Source of the DNA: Balamuthia mandrillaris
Taxonomy: Eukaryota
DNA: 64,000 bases
Direction: 5' to 3'
Assembly (NCBI GenBank): GCA_031835245.2
Contig: JAVKOQ020000019.1
Coordinates: forward strand, 186,001 to 250,000
The translations under genes were made by a program, and so were the position numbers. Under the pieces are notes generated by a model, which had not been told where the DNA came from, searched no databases, and saw only the letters and a list, made by a program, of their open reading frames with translations. Below are positions 11,782-24,699 of this stretch, in pieces; positions within the stretch are counted from its first letter, which is position 1; each line of letters begins with the position of its first letter.

Positions 11782-14346
11782 ATGAGCGATAGCAAAGAGA
11801 GCAAGTCCAATAAAAAAGGGCGAAAAGAGAAGAAGAAAAACAGCAAGCAGAGCAACGGCGCAAAGAGCTCCTCTTCCTCCTCCAAAGCATCGATAACTCT
11901 CGACGTGCAGCGCGCGGTAAACCAGGAGGACCGGCCGTCGCTCCCTACGAGTCCAAAACCAACGCTTAAGCCTCGCTCTGCTTTCACAAAGGGTTTGAAG
12001 CCTATTCCAGCCTTGTTTATCCTCTTTCGCTACTTACTGAAATATTTTACAAACTAGGAGGGGAAAGCCCAAGAAGCGTTCACACCCTACGTGTTGCCAA
12101 CAAGGCATCTGATGGATCTCGTTCCCCTCGCTCCCCCCGCTCTCCCCGCTCTCCTCATTCTCCCAGACTTCATCAAAAGCAACCACAGGACTCTTCCTCG
12201 TCCATCCCGTCGTCTTCCGCGAGTCGTGCTTCCAGAACAAACTCTTCCTCATCCACTTCTCCTTCTTTTTATGCTGGCTCAGTGGGCAGCATCCGGCGAA
12301 CGAAGAAGAACTCCTCCGGTTCGGTAACCAAGCTACAAGGTGGGAGCGGATCAAAAACCTTGGCAAAGACCTCATCCTCGCGAGAGCGAGCAGCTACCAC
12401 CGGCGGTTCATCTCCTCCTCAATCAGACTCTCTCCTATCCGCGTCGCCTCCAAACTCCTCTGTTCACCCTGTGCCTTCTTCTGCCTCGCTCTCTTCCCAA
12501 GGTAACAACGTCAACCTCAACAACAGCTACCACAGCAACAATGTTTCTCCTTCTGTCTCGCCTTCTGTCCTTCGAGGCAACCGGCCGACAAAGTCGCCAA
12601 CAACCAATCGTAAAATGTCCTTTCACTCCTTCAGTCTTCGGCCTTCCAAACACAACAGCAGCCCTTCCCCCAACAACGGCAACACCATTCATCCCACCAA
12701 GTCCCCGTTTCTGCCTCTGGTCTCCCTCGAACAAACTGAATCAAGTAAACCGCTAACCCGCAGTTCTTCTTCGGGACGACTGGAAGAGGAACACCCAGCG
12801 TGCTCTTCTGACTCGGAAGGTTCTCCTTCTCCCTCTCCCTCTCCCTCTGCTTTACCACCCGATTTCGACTCTATGAACTCATTTGGAGGGAGGAAGGGTT
12901 CAGTGGACACAGCGCTAGCGACCTCTCCACCATCCTTAACTACCAAGTCCACCAGCTTCAACCTTTCAAAGGGTTCCTCCGCAGGCTCGACGAAGAAAAA
13001 AGGAAGCAAGATGGGAAAGACGAAGAAGAAGTTCAGCTCTCTCTCACGATCCACCTTTCGGACTACCTCCAAGAACTCCTCTGTCTCCAACCTGCCGTGG
13101 CAACTCTCTCAGTCTGATGAGAATGCAACAGCAAATGCACACAAATCGGAAGACCCTCCATCAAGCAAAAGTTTGAGCGCGTCTCATGAGGGTGGAGAGA
13201 GCAGCAACGAACCGAGTCCTCTGGCCATCCGGAAAAAGACAAAGAAAGGGCATGCACCAAACGAAGACGCCGCAACAAACTGCAACAACGAGGATGTTTA
13301 TGCCGGACTGGGATTGACGGACACGAGTTTGTCTCCCGCCGTGCAAAAGGACCTTTTGAATAAGTTTTTGATGGATCAGTCGACGGCAAAGGCATTCATC
13401 GGGGAACAGGCCGCACAGTACGTTGGGCTCAGCGAGAACGACATCAAATGGATCAGCAAACCAGTTGTGCGGATGCAGTGGTTTGATGTACGTTCTCTTT
13501 TGGTTACTTCGTTGTTGTGTTTGTTGTGTCAGTCGTGCTGTCGGTGGTTCGATCTTTTCGAGCACGATGATGTGAACATTAAAACACGTTCCACAATCCA
13601 ACAATGAAAACTCATCCGCTTTGCGGCTTCCGTGATTCGACTCTAAACTGATGCTCAAGCGTACCTTTGTTGTTTGCGCTTGTTTTATTTTCGTGAATGT
13701 TACTAACTACAATGAGCTTCCATTAAAAACCATAGGACTACGAAGAGAACCCGGACTATCCTCACATGATCAAACACGTACCAGGATACCAAAGGGAACT
13801 CGGCAGGCCTGCGTACCTTGAGACGTACCGCAGTGTAGATAAGAAAACAAACTTTCCATTCATGGAAGCGGATCAATACAGATACTATTTCAAGGACTAT
13901 ATCTACGGAAAAGGTTTTCTTCTTTCTTCCTTCTCTTCATTCTCTTCTTCATCCTTGTTTCTGAATTTACACCTTCATGCAGAACATGATATCTATGTTT
14001 CACATCTGGAAGATGAAGAAGTTGGTGGCATCGGCCCAACAATCATTTGCATCGAGACACCACCAGAAGAAAGCAACAGCAGCTCAAAAGATCGTCTCAA
14101 AGTGCTCATTCTTAACAAAAAGGGAACAGAGCGCACCACCATCGCTAACGAAGGAGGCTCACGTCTAAAGACTTTGAAGCAAGCCCAACCGCATCTCCTT
14201 CAGCGATTCATCAAGGTCAAGGATCCGGGTCTCGCAGAAGCTTTGTTGGACTACGAGGACAAGCTCATCTCAGAACACAATAAGTTTGGGGTTTTGTACT
14301 GCAAAGATGGACAAGTGGATGAAGACGAAATGTATAATAACGGTTT

Positions 14347-14388
<42 letters not shown>

Positions 14389-15251
14389 ACTAATGAGACG
14401 TGGGACTTCCTATTATAATAACCAGAGCACGGAAGCCCAGCTTTCAACGAGTTTTTGGATTTTTTGGGAGAAAGAACGCGGCTAAACGGCCACTCTGGCT
14501 TCCGAGGAGGCCTTGACATAAAAAGTACGACCCGACTCCGTTTCGTTTATACCTGTTTGGCTAGATTTAACTCTGGGTATATTCACGATACAGCGGACAC
14601 GACCGGAACACATTCTGTATATACAAAGTACCGCGGATTCGAGATAATGTTTCACGTGTCCACTCTTCTACCCTACTTTCCAGATGACCCGCAACAGGTG
14701 GAGAGAAAAAGGCATCTTGGGAATGATGTCGTGCTCGTTATCTTTCGTGAAGGAGAACATCACTCACCCTTCGACCCAACCACAATTCATTCTCAGTTCA
14801 ACCGTACGTAATCTTGAATCCTCTTATCAACCTTTTTGTTTCGTTTATGGTCTTGGTATCTGAAAGTTCCTTTTTTAAAAAATAGACGTGTTCGTCATAG
14901 TGCAGCCGGACTACAGGAAAACCAAAGGAATATCTTACAGGGTTGCTGTCGGCACCAAGTTTGGAGTTCGTCCGTTTGGTCCATTGTTGCCCGAGCCGGC
15001 CTCCTTCAAGAAAGGAAGGAAGTTCCGAGAGTTCTTGTTAACAAAGTGTATGTTACCTGTTCTCTTTCTTCTCAACCCCACGCTCATTCTGTTGTTTCTT
15101 AACACAAGTGATAAACGCGGAGCGGGCCGCTCTCTATGCTCCCGACTTTGTGGGCAAGCTGGTGAACACGCGCAAGGTGCAGCTGCACGACATCATAGAG
15201 CGGTTTACACCTCAACAAACCGCCGGTTCCAAAGTATTGGGCCGTAAATAA
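11782..15251 (+). CDS. Rap/Ran-GAP domain protein with Ser-rich N-terminus, multi-exon
   Basis: KFGVLYCKDGQ, GFRGGLD, EIMFHVSTLLPY, RKRHLGND (Asn thumb), LINAERA. Confidence 0.92.
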
Positions 15252-15542
15252 GGTTGAGACAGGGTTCAGGAGACACGAATAAAGTATAGTAAGCCACAAT
15301 ACCCAACACATAATTGCTCTTGTAGTCCCGCTTTGGAATTATGTACAAATATGAAAGCGAGAGAAGCGAGGACGGGAAAAGGGGAGAGAGAGAGGAGGGG
15401 GACAGGAGAGGGAGATAGAGAGGGGAGGGAGAGAGAGAGGGAGGAGGACAGGAGATGAGAGAGAATCGCAAGGGGAGAGAACGGAAATTGCAGCCTCACT
15501 TTCGTAGCGCGGGACGCTCATTTGGCCTTCAGTGAACAACCA

Positions 15543-15614
15543 GGTTCCATGGTGTAGTGGTATCACGTTCGCCTCACACGCGAAAGGTCACGAGATCGAA
15601 ACTCGTTGGAACCA
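15543..15614 (+). tRNA. tRNA-Val(CAC)
   Basis: Acceptor stem GGTTCCA/TGGAACC+A, D-arm GTGTAGTGGTATCAC, anticodon arm TTCGC-CTCACAC-GCGAA, T-arm ACGAG-ATCGAAA-CTCGT, followed by a T-run. Confidence 0.92.
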
Positions 15615-15758
15615 ACACTTTTTTGTCGAACGTTTTCCTTTTATCGCTTTCTTTCCACGAAGTTTCAATAATGGGATCGTCTGTGTCGTCATGAATATGC
15701 CCGAACCGTTACGGGTTAAAAACACAAATTCTGAAAACAAGAAGCATAGCATTCAAGC

Positions 15759-16418
15759 ATGAACAGGACGTTGAAGAAGGTGCTGCGTGCGCCTGCTCTT
15801 TTTTTTAGCTGTGTTGTTGGAAGGAAAGAGTAGTCTTAACTTTGTTCAAATTACAAAAAAAAAATTAGCTCGTAGGCGGTAAAAAATCGAATGACGAAGA
15901 AACGGACCAAGAGTTTGATGAACACAGGAAGCAGTGTGAAGCCCTGTTGACCATCATGGATGCTCTTCGCAAGCAAGCCAAAAGGTTTTTGGATCTTTGT
16001 AATGGTTGGTGAAACGCCTTTCCTTTTGGTTGCTCTTATTGCTCTATGCTTCACCTGCTTATTCTCCTCCGTCGTCTTCGTCGCCTTCGTGCTTCTTGTT
16101 CTTGTTCTTGTTCTTGTTCTTGTTCTTGTTCTTGTTCTTCTTGTTCTTGTTCTTCTTCATGTTCTTCTTCTTGTTCTTCTTGTTGTTCTTGTTGTTCTTG
16201 TTCTTCTTGTTGTTCTTCTTGTTGTTCTTCTTGTTGTTCTCCTTGTTCTTGTTCTTGTTCTTGTTCTTCTTGTTCTTGTTCTTGTTCTTGTTCTTGTTCT
16301 TCTTGTTCTTCTTCTTCTTGTTCTTCTTCTTGTTCTTCTTCTTGTTCTTCTTGTTCTTGTTCTTGTTCTTGTTCTTCTTGTTCTTCTTGTTCTTCTTCTT
16401 CTTCTTGTTCTTCTTGTT

Positions 16419-16449
<31 letters not shown>

Positions 16450-17111
16450 TTCTTGTTCTTCTTCTTCTTCTTCTTGTTCTTCTTCTTCTTCTTCTTCTTG
16501 GTTTTCTAGAATTGGGTCCTTCAATGTTGGCCATGGCTCAATCCTTCGAGAGGCTCTATGCTGAGGGAGCCGACAAAGTTTGTGGCTCAAAGATCATGAT
16601 GGCTGCTCTCCGAATGGATATGGCCAGCAAAGACTTTCAGGTATAGAGAGCAAAAGGAAGAAAGAAAGAGGAAGAGCAAGAGGAAGAGAATGAGAGAGGA
16701 GATACAATAGAGCATAAAGAGAGGAAAGCAAACTTACGAAACCACACCAAACGAAGAATGAAACAGGTCAAGCTGTTTCCCGCTTGGAACGTTTCTATGA
16801 GGTGTTACATACCCAAAAGGTATTTTACTGTTATTTCCTATTCTATGCTTGTTCTTGTTCTTGTTCTTCTTCTTCTTCTTCTTCTTCTTCTTGTTCTTGT
16901 TCTTCTTCTTCTTCTTGTTCTTCGATTCACACCCTCTTTTGTTTGCTTTTTCTTCTTCCAACAACTAACAACCTGAGAAACAAAACCAAACAGAAACGAC
17001 TGAAGCAACATGACAACTATTTGTCCACGTACAAGAAAAGCGTCAGTGCCCTGAAATCAGCTCGCAGCTCTGGCGATCCCATTCGCGTTGAAAGAGTACC
17101 TTTCTCATCTC

Positions 17112-17145
<34 letters not shown>

Positions 17146-18205
17146 AGTTTCTTTTCTCAAAGGGGTATAATAATGTGAATGAATAATAATCATAACTTTG
17201 TTCTTCACTTCCAGGCGGAAGAAAAGCACAAAGAAGCACAACGTGACTATGAGCAAAGCCACGCCGCACTTCGAACAAGCCTCATCAGGTGCAATACCAA
17301 ACGCACCTTTTTTGTGAACAAGTCCTTCACCCAAGTACTCCCTTCTCTTTTTGATCTCTTGTTTCCTGTGTGCTTTTGTTTGCTGCTTTTGAAACTTAGC
17401 TACCATCACGACAACAAAATAATAGATCGCAAAGGGCTCATTTCAGCTGTTTACAGCAAGCAAAGAGGGTGTGTCTATGCTTGAACCGGTATTGGATTAC
17501 TCACCAACAGGAGAGCCTCTTTCTCCTGAGGACGAAGCAGATGAAGATATGCAACAAGCAGCAAACAGTAAAAACAACAGCAACAATAAACCCCAACCAC
17601 CTCGTGAAGATAATGCTGCTTTGTCTTCAACTATGACAAGAATGAATCCTTCTGCGTTTTCCTTCTCGTCATCGAATCCACGGCGGCGATCGACCACGTT
17701 CTCACCTACCTCATCCACACCCACGACATCAGGTTATACCAATCCTACAAACGCCTCTACGAGAGTTGTTTCGCCACTACAAAGACCTGTCAGTACTGCT
17801 TACTGCAACAACTTTGCTTTTGGTGATCAACCTTCACGATCACCTCCTCTGCCTCCTCCCTCATCATCTTCATACCGACAGCCACAACAACCACAACCTC
17901 CACAACTGCCAAGACCTCCAACCTTTCAACCACAACAATACCCACAGTACCAACCCTCGGCACCTCATCACCAACCTCTTCCTCCAAGAACGTCTGCTTC
18001 TTTGCCAGGATTCGGGCCGCAGCAACATCACCACCACCACCACCACCAACCACAACCACAACAACCGAATTACTCCGCTGCTCCTACATCTTCTCCTCTC
18101 GGCCTTCCTCCTCAACTGCCGCCCGCACCCCATCGACAAGCCCCTCCTTCTTCTTCCTCTGCGGGGGATTCCCTCTCGTTCTCTCCCATTCCTGGCTATC
18201 CATGA
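15759..18205 (+). CDS. BAR-like coiled-coil protein with Pro/Gln-rich C-terminal tail, many short exons
   Basis: Exons give ETDQEFDEHRKQCEALL, RLKQHDNYLSTYKKSV, AEEKHKEAQRDYEQ helical segments; long P/Q-rich last exon. Confidence 0.55.
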
Positions 18206-18358
18206 CGACCCGAATATAACTTCACGTCGACATGTAAATAAATTCAACCAATGGAAAATCAAACGAGCCGTTTCGGTTCTCTGAAAAAAACCTCTTTTTG
18301 TCGACCATGATGTCACGTGTCGACAATAAAGTGAAAAGACAAAATACGCAAAACAAAA

Positions 18359-19207
18359 ATGGAAGAAGAAGAGGCCGTCGGGGAATGCCCTGTCTGCGGG
18401 GGCTATGCTCCGCTGTCGCAGCTCAGCGCCCATGTGGATGAGTGCTTGGAACGAGGTAGTCGTTGCCCTCCTCCTCCTCCTCCTCCTCCGGCCAACAACC
18501 ATAACAACAACACCGACGTCGAAGTGAAGAAGCAAGAAGAAAAAGAAGCAGAAGCTCCAAAAAGGAGGTCTTTTTCTTCGTCATCGTCGTCGTCTTCTCC
18601 TTCTCCTTCTCCTGCTTCTTCTTCTTCTCCTTCTTCTTCTTCTGTGGAAGAACTTGCCAAGAAAGGAAGAGAAAGAGGAAGCGGCGGCAGCGGCGGCCTC
18701 TTAGGTTTTCTCGCCAAGACCAAACAGGCTCTCCACCTCGACGCTCCCTCTCCTTCTTCTACTTCTACTTCTTCTCCTTCTCCTTCTTCTCCTTCTTCCT
18801 CTTTCGAGCAACTCAAAGAGGACTACGAGCAGCTGCGCGGGGCCGTTCTGGAGGGCTCCCTCCCCTGCTGCACCCAATACGAGGCCATTCAGCTGGCCGC
18901 CTTGCAGCTGGCCGTAGAAGAGGCCGAAGCCTCTGGTCACAACAACAACGCCCACAAGCTCTCCGCGTGGTTCAAGAAGAAGAAGCGGAACAGCAACAAA
19001 GCCGACCCCCAACAACAACCACAACAGAAGAAAAAGAAGGTTTCGAGTCGTGTGTCCTTTCCTTCTTGTCTCTTCCTTTCTTGGCGTTTCTTTCTGTCGC
19101 TTCTTTCTTTCTTGTCGTTTCTTGTCGTTTCTTGTCGTTTCTTTCTTTCTTGTCGTTTCTTTCTTGTCGTTTCTTTCTTGTCGTTTCTTTCTTTCTTTCT
19201 TGTCGTT

Positions 19208-19287
<80 letters not shown>

Positions 19288-19359
19288 GTCGTTTCTTTCT
19301 TTCTTTCTTTTCTTTGTCGTTTCTTTTTCTTTCTTGTCGTTTCTTTCTTTCTTGTCGTT

Positions 19360-19391
<32 letters not shown>

Positions 19392-21084
19392 TGCCGCTCA
19401 AATTGATGCTGATGCCGTTTGAATGTGCAATTGGATTGCATGTAATAGATGCCGAAGAAAGTGGATTTGAGCAAGCTCTATGCACAGTATTGGATTCGAA
19501 GAGCATTTGAGCGTTGTGATGACTTGCAGGCCTTGACCTTGTTCGTCTTCCTATTATTCTTTATCTTTGTTCTTCATTCTTTTTATCTATTTTTTGTATT
19601 CGCCCGTTTTTCTTCTTCCTTTCTTCTTCCATTCTTCTTTCTTATTCTTCTTTCTTGTTCTTCTTTCTCAACGGCCAAAACATCATTTTCTCACACACAG
19701 AGTGCAGCTAGACATAATTTGGGACCGAACAGCAAAGGAGCAAGAGCTAAACGAACATGAAGAACTGGAACACCATGAAAACGAACACACCAACGACAGC
19801 AACTTCAACGAAGCAGCAATGTACATGAAGGCTTATCTCACTCGCTGCTATAGCTTGGAATATTATGGCATGCAAGTCTTTCCCATATTAGAGCAAAAGA
19901 CTTTGCGTCAACGTTCTCAATGGAGATACAATGAAGAGGAGGAAGAGGACGAAGAATACATCCACGTTTACACGTATGTACCAAAAAAGTTGGGCATTAC
20001 GGCCAACTGCTCCCTCGTGAAGATGAACCCGAGAAACAACGAGGTGGAGATTGCATGGAAAGTAACGCAGATAAAGAATTATACGATTGTTCCTTTATAC
20101 GACCAAAAGCTGGATAACGATGACGACGCCAAAGCGAAACGAGAAGAGAGACCAAAGAAGAAAGGATTGTTAGATTCGTTATTAGGAGGGGGGTCAACGT
20201 CAGAACATCAACACCATCACACTAAGAAAAAGACGGATACTTTGGCAGAGAATGTGTTGGCAATGCGAATTGACTTTGGGACGAACTATCCGGGAAAGTG
20301 GATGTTTAAAGCGGATTTGAATCATAAGGACTTTGGGAAGAATGAAGGTATATTCTTTTGTCGTAGTTACTTTTCTCCTTTTATTTTCTTCTCCTTCTTG
20401 CTGTTCTTCTTCTTATCGTGTTTTATTGGACTCTTCAAACTAACATTATATTATCAACAAATACAACACTACAAAAAGGTGGAGTGGAAATAATATACCA
20501 AAAAATCCAACAATTCATCGAAGCCATGTCAGGCAAAGCCGACAAAGACAAACAACGAATGAACGAACGTTTAGCTCTCTACCGACTTGATGAACGCTCC
20601 ATCATCGGCGATGGCAACTGTCAAATGAGAGCTATAGCAGACCAGCTTTGGAACTCCCAAAGTCGACACGCGGAGGTAAGAAAGGCTGTCGTGCGGTGGT
20701 TGAGGGACCATCCTTTCTATGAAATACGCGAAGGAGGCAAAGATGGACCTGTTCTTTCTCTTCTAACTGATTTTTTGGAGGTTTGTTTGCTTTTTAGCTT
20801 TCTATTTTTGTCTTTGACCTTCGAACAAAAAGACGGACTATCACGAAGATTGGTCAGCCTACTGCGATTACATGAACAAGAACGGCACTTGGGGAGATCA
20901 GCTAACTTTATTAGCAGCAGCCGAAGTCTATTCTGTAACTATATCTGTGCTAAGTTCAGTACGAACGGAACGCGACAAGGACGACCCTTGGACCTACATC
21001 GAGCCGACCCTCTCGGAATCCACAAAGACAATTTTTCTGGGACATTGGCACGAACGACATTATACGTCTCTGTCAGCAACGTAA
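18359..21084 (+). CDS. UBZ zinc finger + FERM-like + OTU deubiquitinase protein
   Basis: CPVC..SAHVDECL; EAIQLAALQ, AYLTRCYSLEYYG; IIGDGNCQMRAIADQL, WGDQLTL, HYTSL. Confidence 0.8.
19060..19392 (+). repeat. Intronic (CTTT)n/(TTGTCGTTTC) compound microsatellite
   Basis: Visible repeat inside intron. Confidence 0.9.
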
Positions 21085-21204
21085 ACACGTCTCTTTATTG
21101 TGGATTGTTAGATGTTTATTTAATTAATTAATAACTCAAGGCTTTTGATGCTTCACAGAACCTGAACAAAGAAGACCGAAGCCTAAACAACATCACACAC
21201 AAGC

Positions 21205-22260
21205 ATGGGCTTTGGCTGTAACATCTACTTCTCTGTGGTCCTTCCTTGCCTCCTCTTCACCATTTCTCTCTCCTGCTTTTTCGGCTTCTACTTTGGACTC
21301 GTTTGGCCGGAAGTGGAAGAAACGGAGGACTATGTTCAATCCGTTTGTGCCTTCACCAACTTGACTACTGTTGCTTTTCGTTGCTGCGACATCGTGGACT
21401 GCCTCTGCGAGGAGTGTTACCTCTATGAGGACTGCCAAACGCTGCGGGAGCAGCTGGTGGAAGACTTTTGCTGCGGAGACTATCGGTGCTGTTCCACGTG
21501 CTGCGAGACGTGCACCTCATGTAACAGCGATGGAACTTCTTGTACAAGTTATAGCTGCAACTGTTACTGTTGCGTTAGTGTCAGCAGCGACAGCTGTCGA
21601 ACGGCGTGTGGGACTTGTCATAGCTTCACAGCGAAGGGCGAGTTCGATGCGAAGGGAAGTCCACCGAGGGAGACAATTGAGTTTGTAAGGACAGACTCGT
21701 GTGGGAGGGATAATTTTGTTTGTAAAGCGGATAAAGAGAAGTACTATTCGGGAGAGACGGAGTGTTGGTACCAAAAATGTACGTGCTTGCCATTCCTTCC
21801 TGTATTGCTTTTTACCTTTCACTTTTTCTCCTTTCTTTGTTGCGTTGTCTCTTGCTAGTTCTCTCTGCCGCTTCTTCTTGTTGTTGTTGTTGCCTTATGT
21901 TGTCTTATGTTGTCTTATGTTGTCTTATGTTGTTGTTGTTGTTCTTCTTCTTCTTCTTCTTGTTCTTGTTGTTCTTCTTGTTGTTGTTCTTGTTGTTCTT
22001 CTTCTTCTTCTTCTTCTTCTTTTTCTTCTTCTTCTTCTTCTTCTTCTTCTGCTTCTTCTTCTTCTTCATCTCATTCCCTCCCTTTTGTTACAGCAAACCC
22101 AGAGGGATCGTTACGATTTGATGATCCCTATGACGTGCGGGATGGGCATTGGGCTTTGGTCGGTCTGTCTGCTGGTGGCATGCTCTTCTCTTTGCTGTTG
22201 GGTTTGTTGCTCTGTTTCGCTTTGTTTCTGGTTCCCCGCATCAAGCACCATTGTAAATGA
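21205..22260 (+). CDS. Cys-rich two-transmembrane protein, paralog 1 (2 exons)
   Basis: N-terminal TM, ~26-Cys loop, intron ~21779-22093, C-terminal TM (GHWALVGL). Confidence 0.8.
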
Positions 22261-22744
22261 GCTCCACAACCAAGATTATTTGGTATCCATATCTTAAAAG
22301 AAGGAAAATAGCAAAAAATAAAATAAAATAAAATAAAAATAAATAAAAAATAATTCAAAAAAAAAAAAAGATACGCCCGAATCGTGTCGACACGAAATAT
22401 TTTTAAAAAGAGATTTGGTGTCACCGGTATTCGAACGGACGACTTTCAAAAGAAAAAATGATCTACAAATTTTTTTTCAAAGCACCAATCAAAATAATCA
22501 ACAGGAGTCTCGTTGTGTTTTCCGTTAATCCACAAATCTTGGCTCTCTCTCTCTTGGCTCCTATGTGCTTACTTACCGTCATTAATTGTTCTCGTTCCTG
22601 TAACGCCGAAATATAATATAATTTTGCTTCCTTCCTTCCCTAGGAAACAGTTAACGAACTGCACAAAAGCAAAGTGGAGTTGGTCCACTTTTATAACAAC
22701 GAACAAAACCACAAGAACATACAAACACACAAACAAGCAAACAA

Positions 22745-23638
22745 ATGAAACCAGCAACAATCTACATTGCGGTCACGGTGCTGCTCTCCGCCCTCTTCAT
22801 CATCTCCCTGGCTTGCTTCTTCGGCTTCTACTTTGGGTTGGTATACCCCGAGGTGCAAGACAGCGAGGACTACTCCAAGACGACCTGCACTATCACCGAC
22901 GTGGCCATCCGCCCCTACCGCTGCTGCGACGTCGTCGACTGCAGCTGCTCCGAGTGTTTCAACTTTCCTCTCTGTAGCTTGCTTCAGACCAACCTGACGG
23001 AGGGAGCTTGCTGCGGCGGCCCCGCCTGCTGCCGAGAGTGCTGTAGCACCTGCACCGACTGTTCCTCGCAAGGCTCGACCTCTTCGGGAGGATCCTCAGG
23101 GACCACTTGTTACACCTACGAGTGCAACTGCTATTGCTGTCAGAGCGTTCAGAGGGAGACCTGCCGGACGGCCTGTGGCACCTGCAACGAGTTCACGGTG
23201 GAGGGAGAGTTCGAGGCCAAAGGCCAACTGTACGAGTTTGAGAGAGTGGAGATCTGTGGAAGGGATGACGTGGGGTGCGTCGATGGAAAGCAGGACTTTT
23301 ATGAAGGAGAGGTCGATTGCTGGTACCAAGAATGTACGTTCCATTCTTCCTCGCGTTTTTCTTTTCCCCTCTTTCTTCTTCCTTCTTCTTCTTCTTCTTC
23401 TTCTTCTTCTTTCTGCTTTCTTTGTTTTTGCGAATGCTCTGCTCATCCCGTTTTTGTTTTGTAACAAACAGCAAACCCGAATGAAGGGCTAGTGTTCAGC
23501 GATCCAGTATATCTGCCGGATGGGCACTGGGCGTTGGTCGGTTTGGCGGCAGCGGGAATGGGTTGCTCCTTCCTGGGTTGTTTGCTGTTGGGTGCTGTTG
23601 CGCTTGTTTTTGCCGTCAAAGCCAGACTGCGAGGTTAA
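22745..23638 (+). CDS. Cys-rich two-transmembrane protein, paralog 2 (2 exons)
   Basis: Same layout, shared CFFGFYFGLV.PEV, RCCD.VDC, CNCYCC, CRTACGTC, CWYQ, GHWALVGL and same intron position. Confidence 0.8.
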
Positions 23639-23862
23639 GATAAAGAGTTCCTGTTGTGAATGAAACGACGAAAAAAAAACAATAAAGAAAAAGGAAAAGC
23701 AACAGAGAGAACACTTGCACTTGGGTGTCTTGTCTCGCAGGTAGGGCAGGGAAGGGAAAGATGGAGGCCTTCTTGACCGGCGCTCGCTTTCAAGAACACA
23801 ACAGCAGCCACAGCACAGGAAGCAATCAATCGGATTGTTAATAAGCCAAAAACAGAACACGG

Positions 23863-24254
23863 ATGGACACCGTGGAACATACGACGACCACCCAAGACGC
23901 CGTCCACCACCACCACCCTGTGGAGCAGCTGTGTCAGCCAAAGGACCCTGAACCGGTTCGCTTGGTGGGGGTGTTTGGTGTATGTGTGTGTGTGTGTTTT
24001 TTTTTTTTGGTGTGTTTGAAAAACAAAATAAAAAGGGGGTTGGCGAGGAGGTTGCTCACTTGCTCACTTGCTCACTTGCTCACTCTGCCCAGGAATTTGC
24101 TCTTCTTTGTTGTCTTCCGTCTCCTGCGGAAAGTGAGCCCGGATTGCCTGATGAGGAGGCCTCCACCGACGCCGCCACATCGGGTGGCCCATTTGCTTGC
24201 GCTTTGAACGGCGTGACAGAGCTCTGGGACGAGTCACCGTATGAAGAGGAATAG
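23863..24254 (+). CDS. Possible short orphan gene or pseudogene (2 exons)
   Basis: ATG, GT..CAG intron ~23956-24093, acidic second exon; downstream sequence looks coding-like but carries stops. Confidence 0.25.
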
Positions 24255-24699
24255 AATTTGGATGCTTTCCTCAAGAAGCTGGGCTCCTAGTTCAACAGCG
24301 TCTCCTTCCTCCTTCATCACCAGTGATGCACGTGTGCAAGTGAGGATGGCGGTCACTAGAGGGCGAACTCCTCATCCGCAAAGTCCCATACTTTGACTGA
24401 GCCAAGGTGAGAACCCAAACAAACAAAAAAAAAAAGAGAGAGAGATTAAGTACCCGTTTTATCCCAAGACCCACTGGCAATCCACCGAGCAGAGCAATGC
24501 AACGAGCGGATGCGGTCCGTGTGCTGCGTTGCCTCGACTTGGCCTTTCTCTCGAAGTATGTAGTGGGATAGACTGCTTCAGGCAAGTATTGCGATGAGAG
24601 GCGTTGAAGAAAGCAGAGTGAGGGAATAGGCGAGAGTATACCTTTCCGACGCTTGTTCCTCAAGATTCCATATGCGGATAGTGCAGTCTCTGCTTCCGC

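Noticed and set aside
24252..24360. Stop-codon reassignment or selenocysteine readthrough
   Set aside because: Mixed TAG and TGA stops; other genes in the window terminate normally at TAA, TAG and TGA
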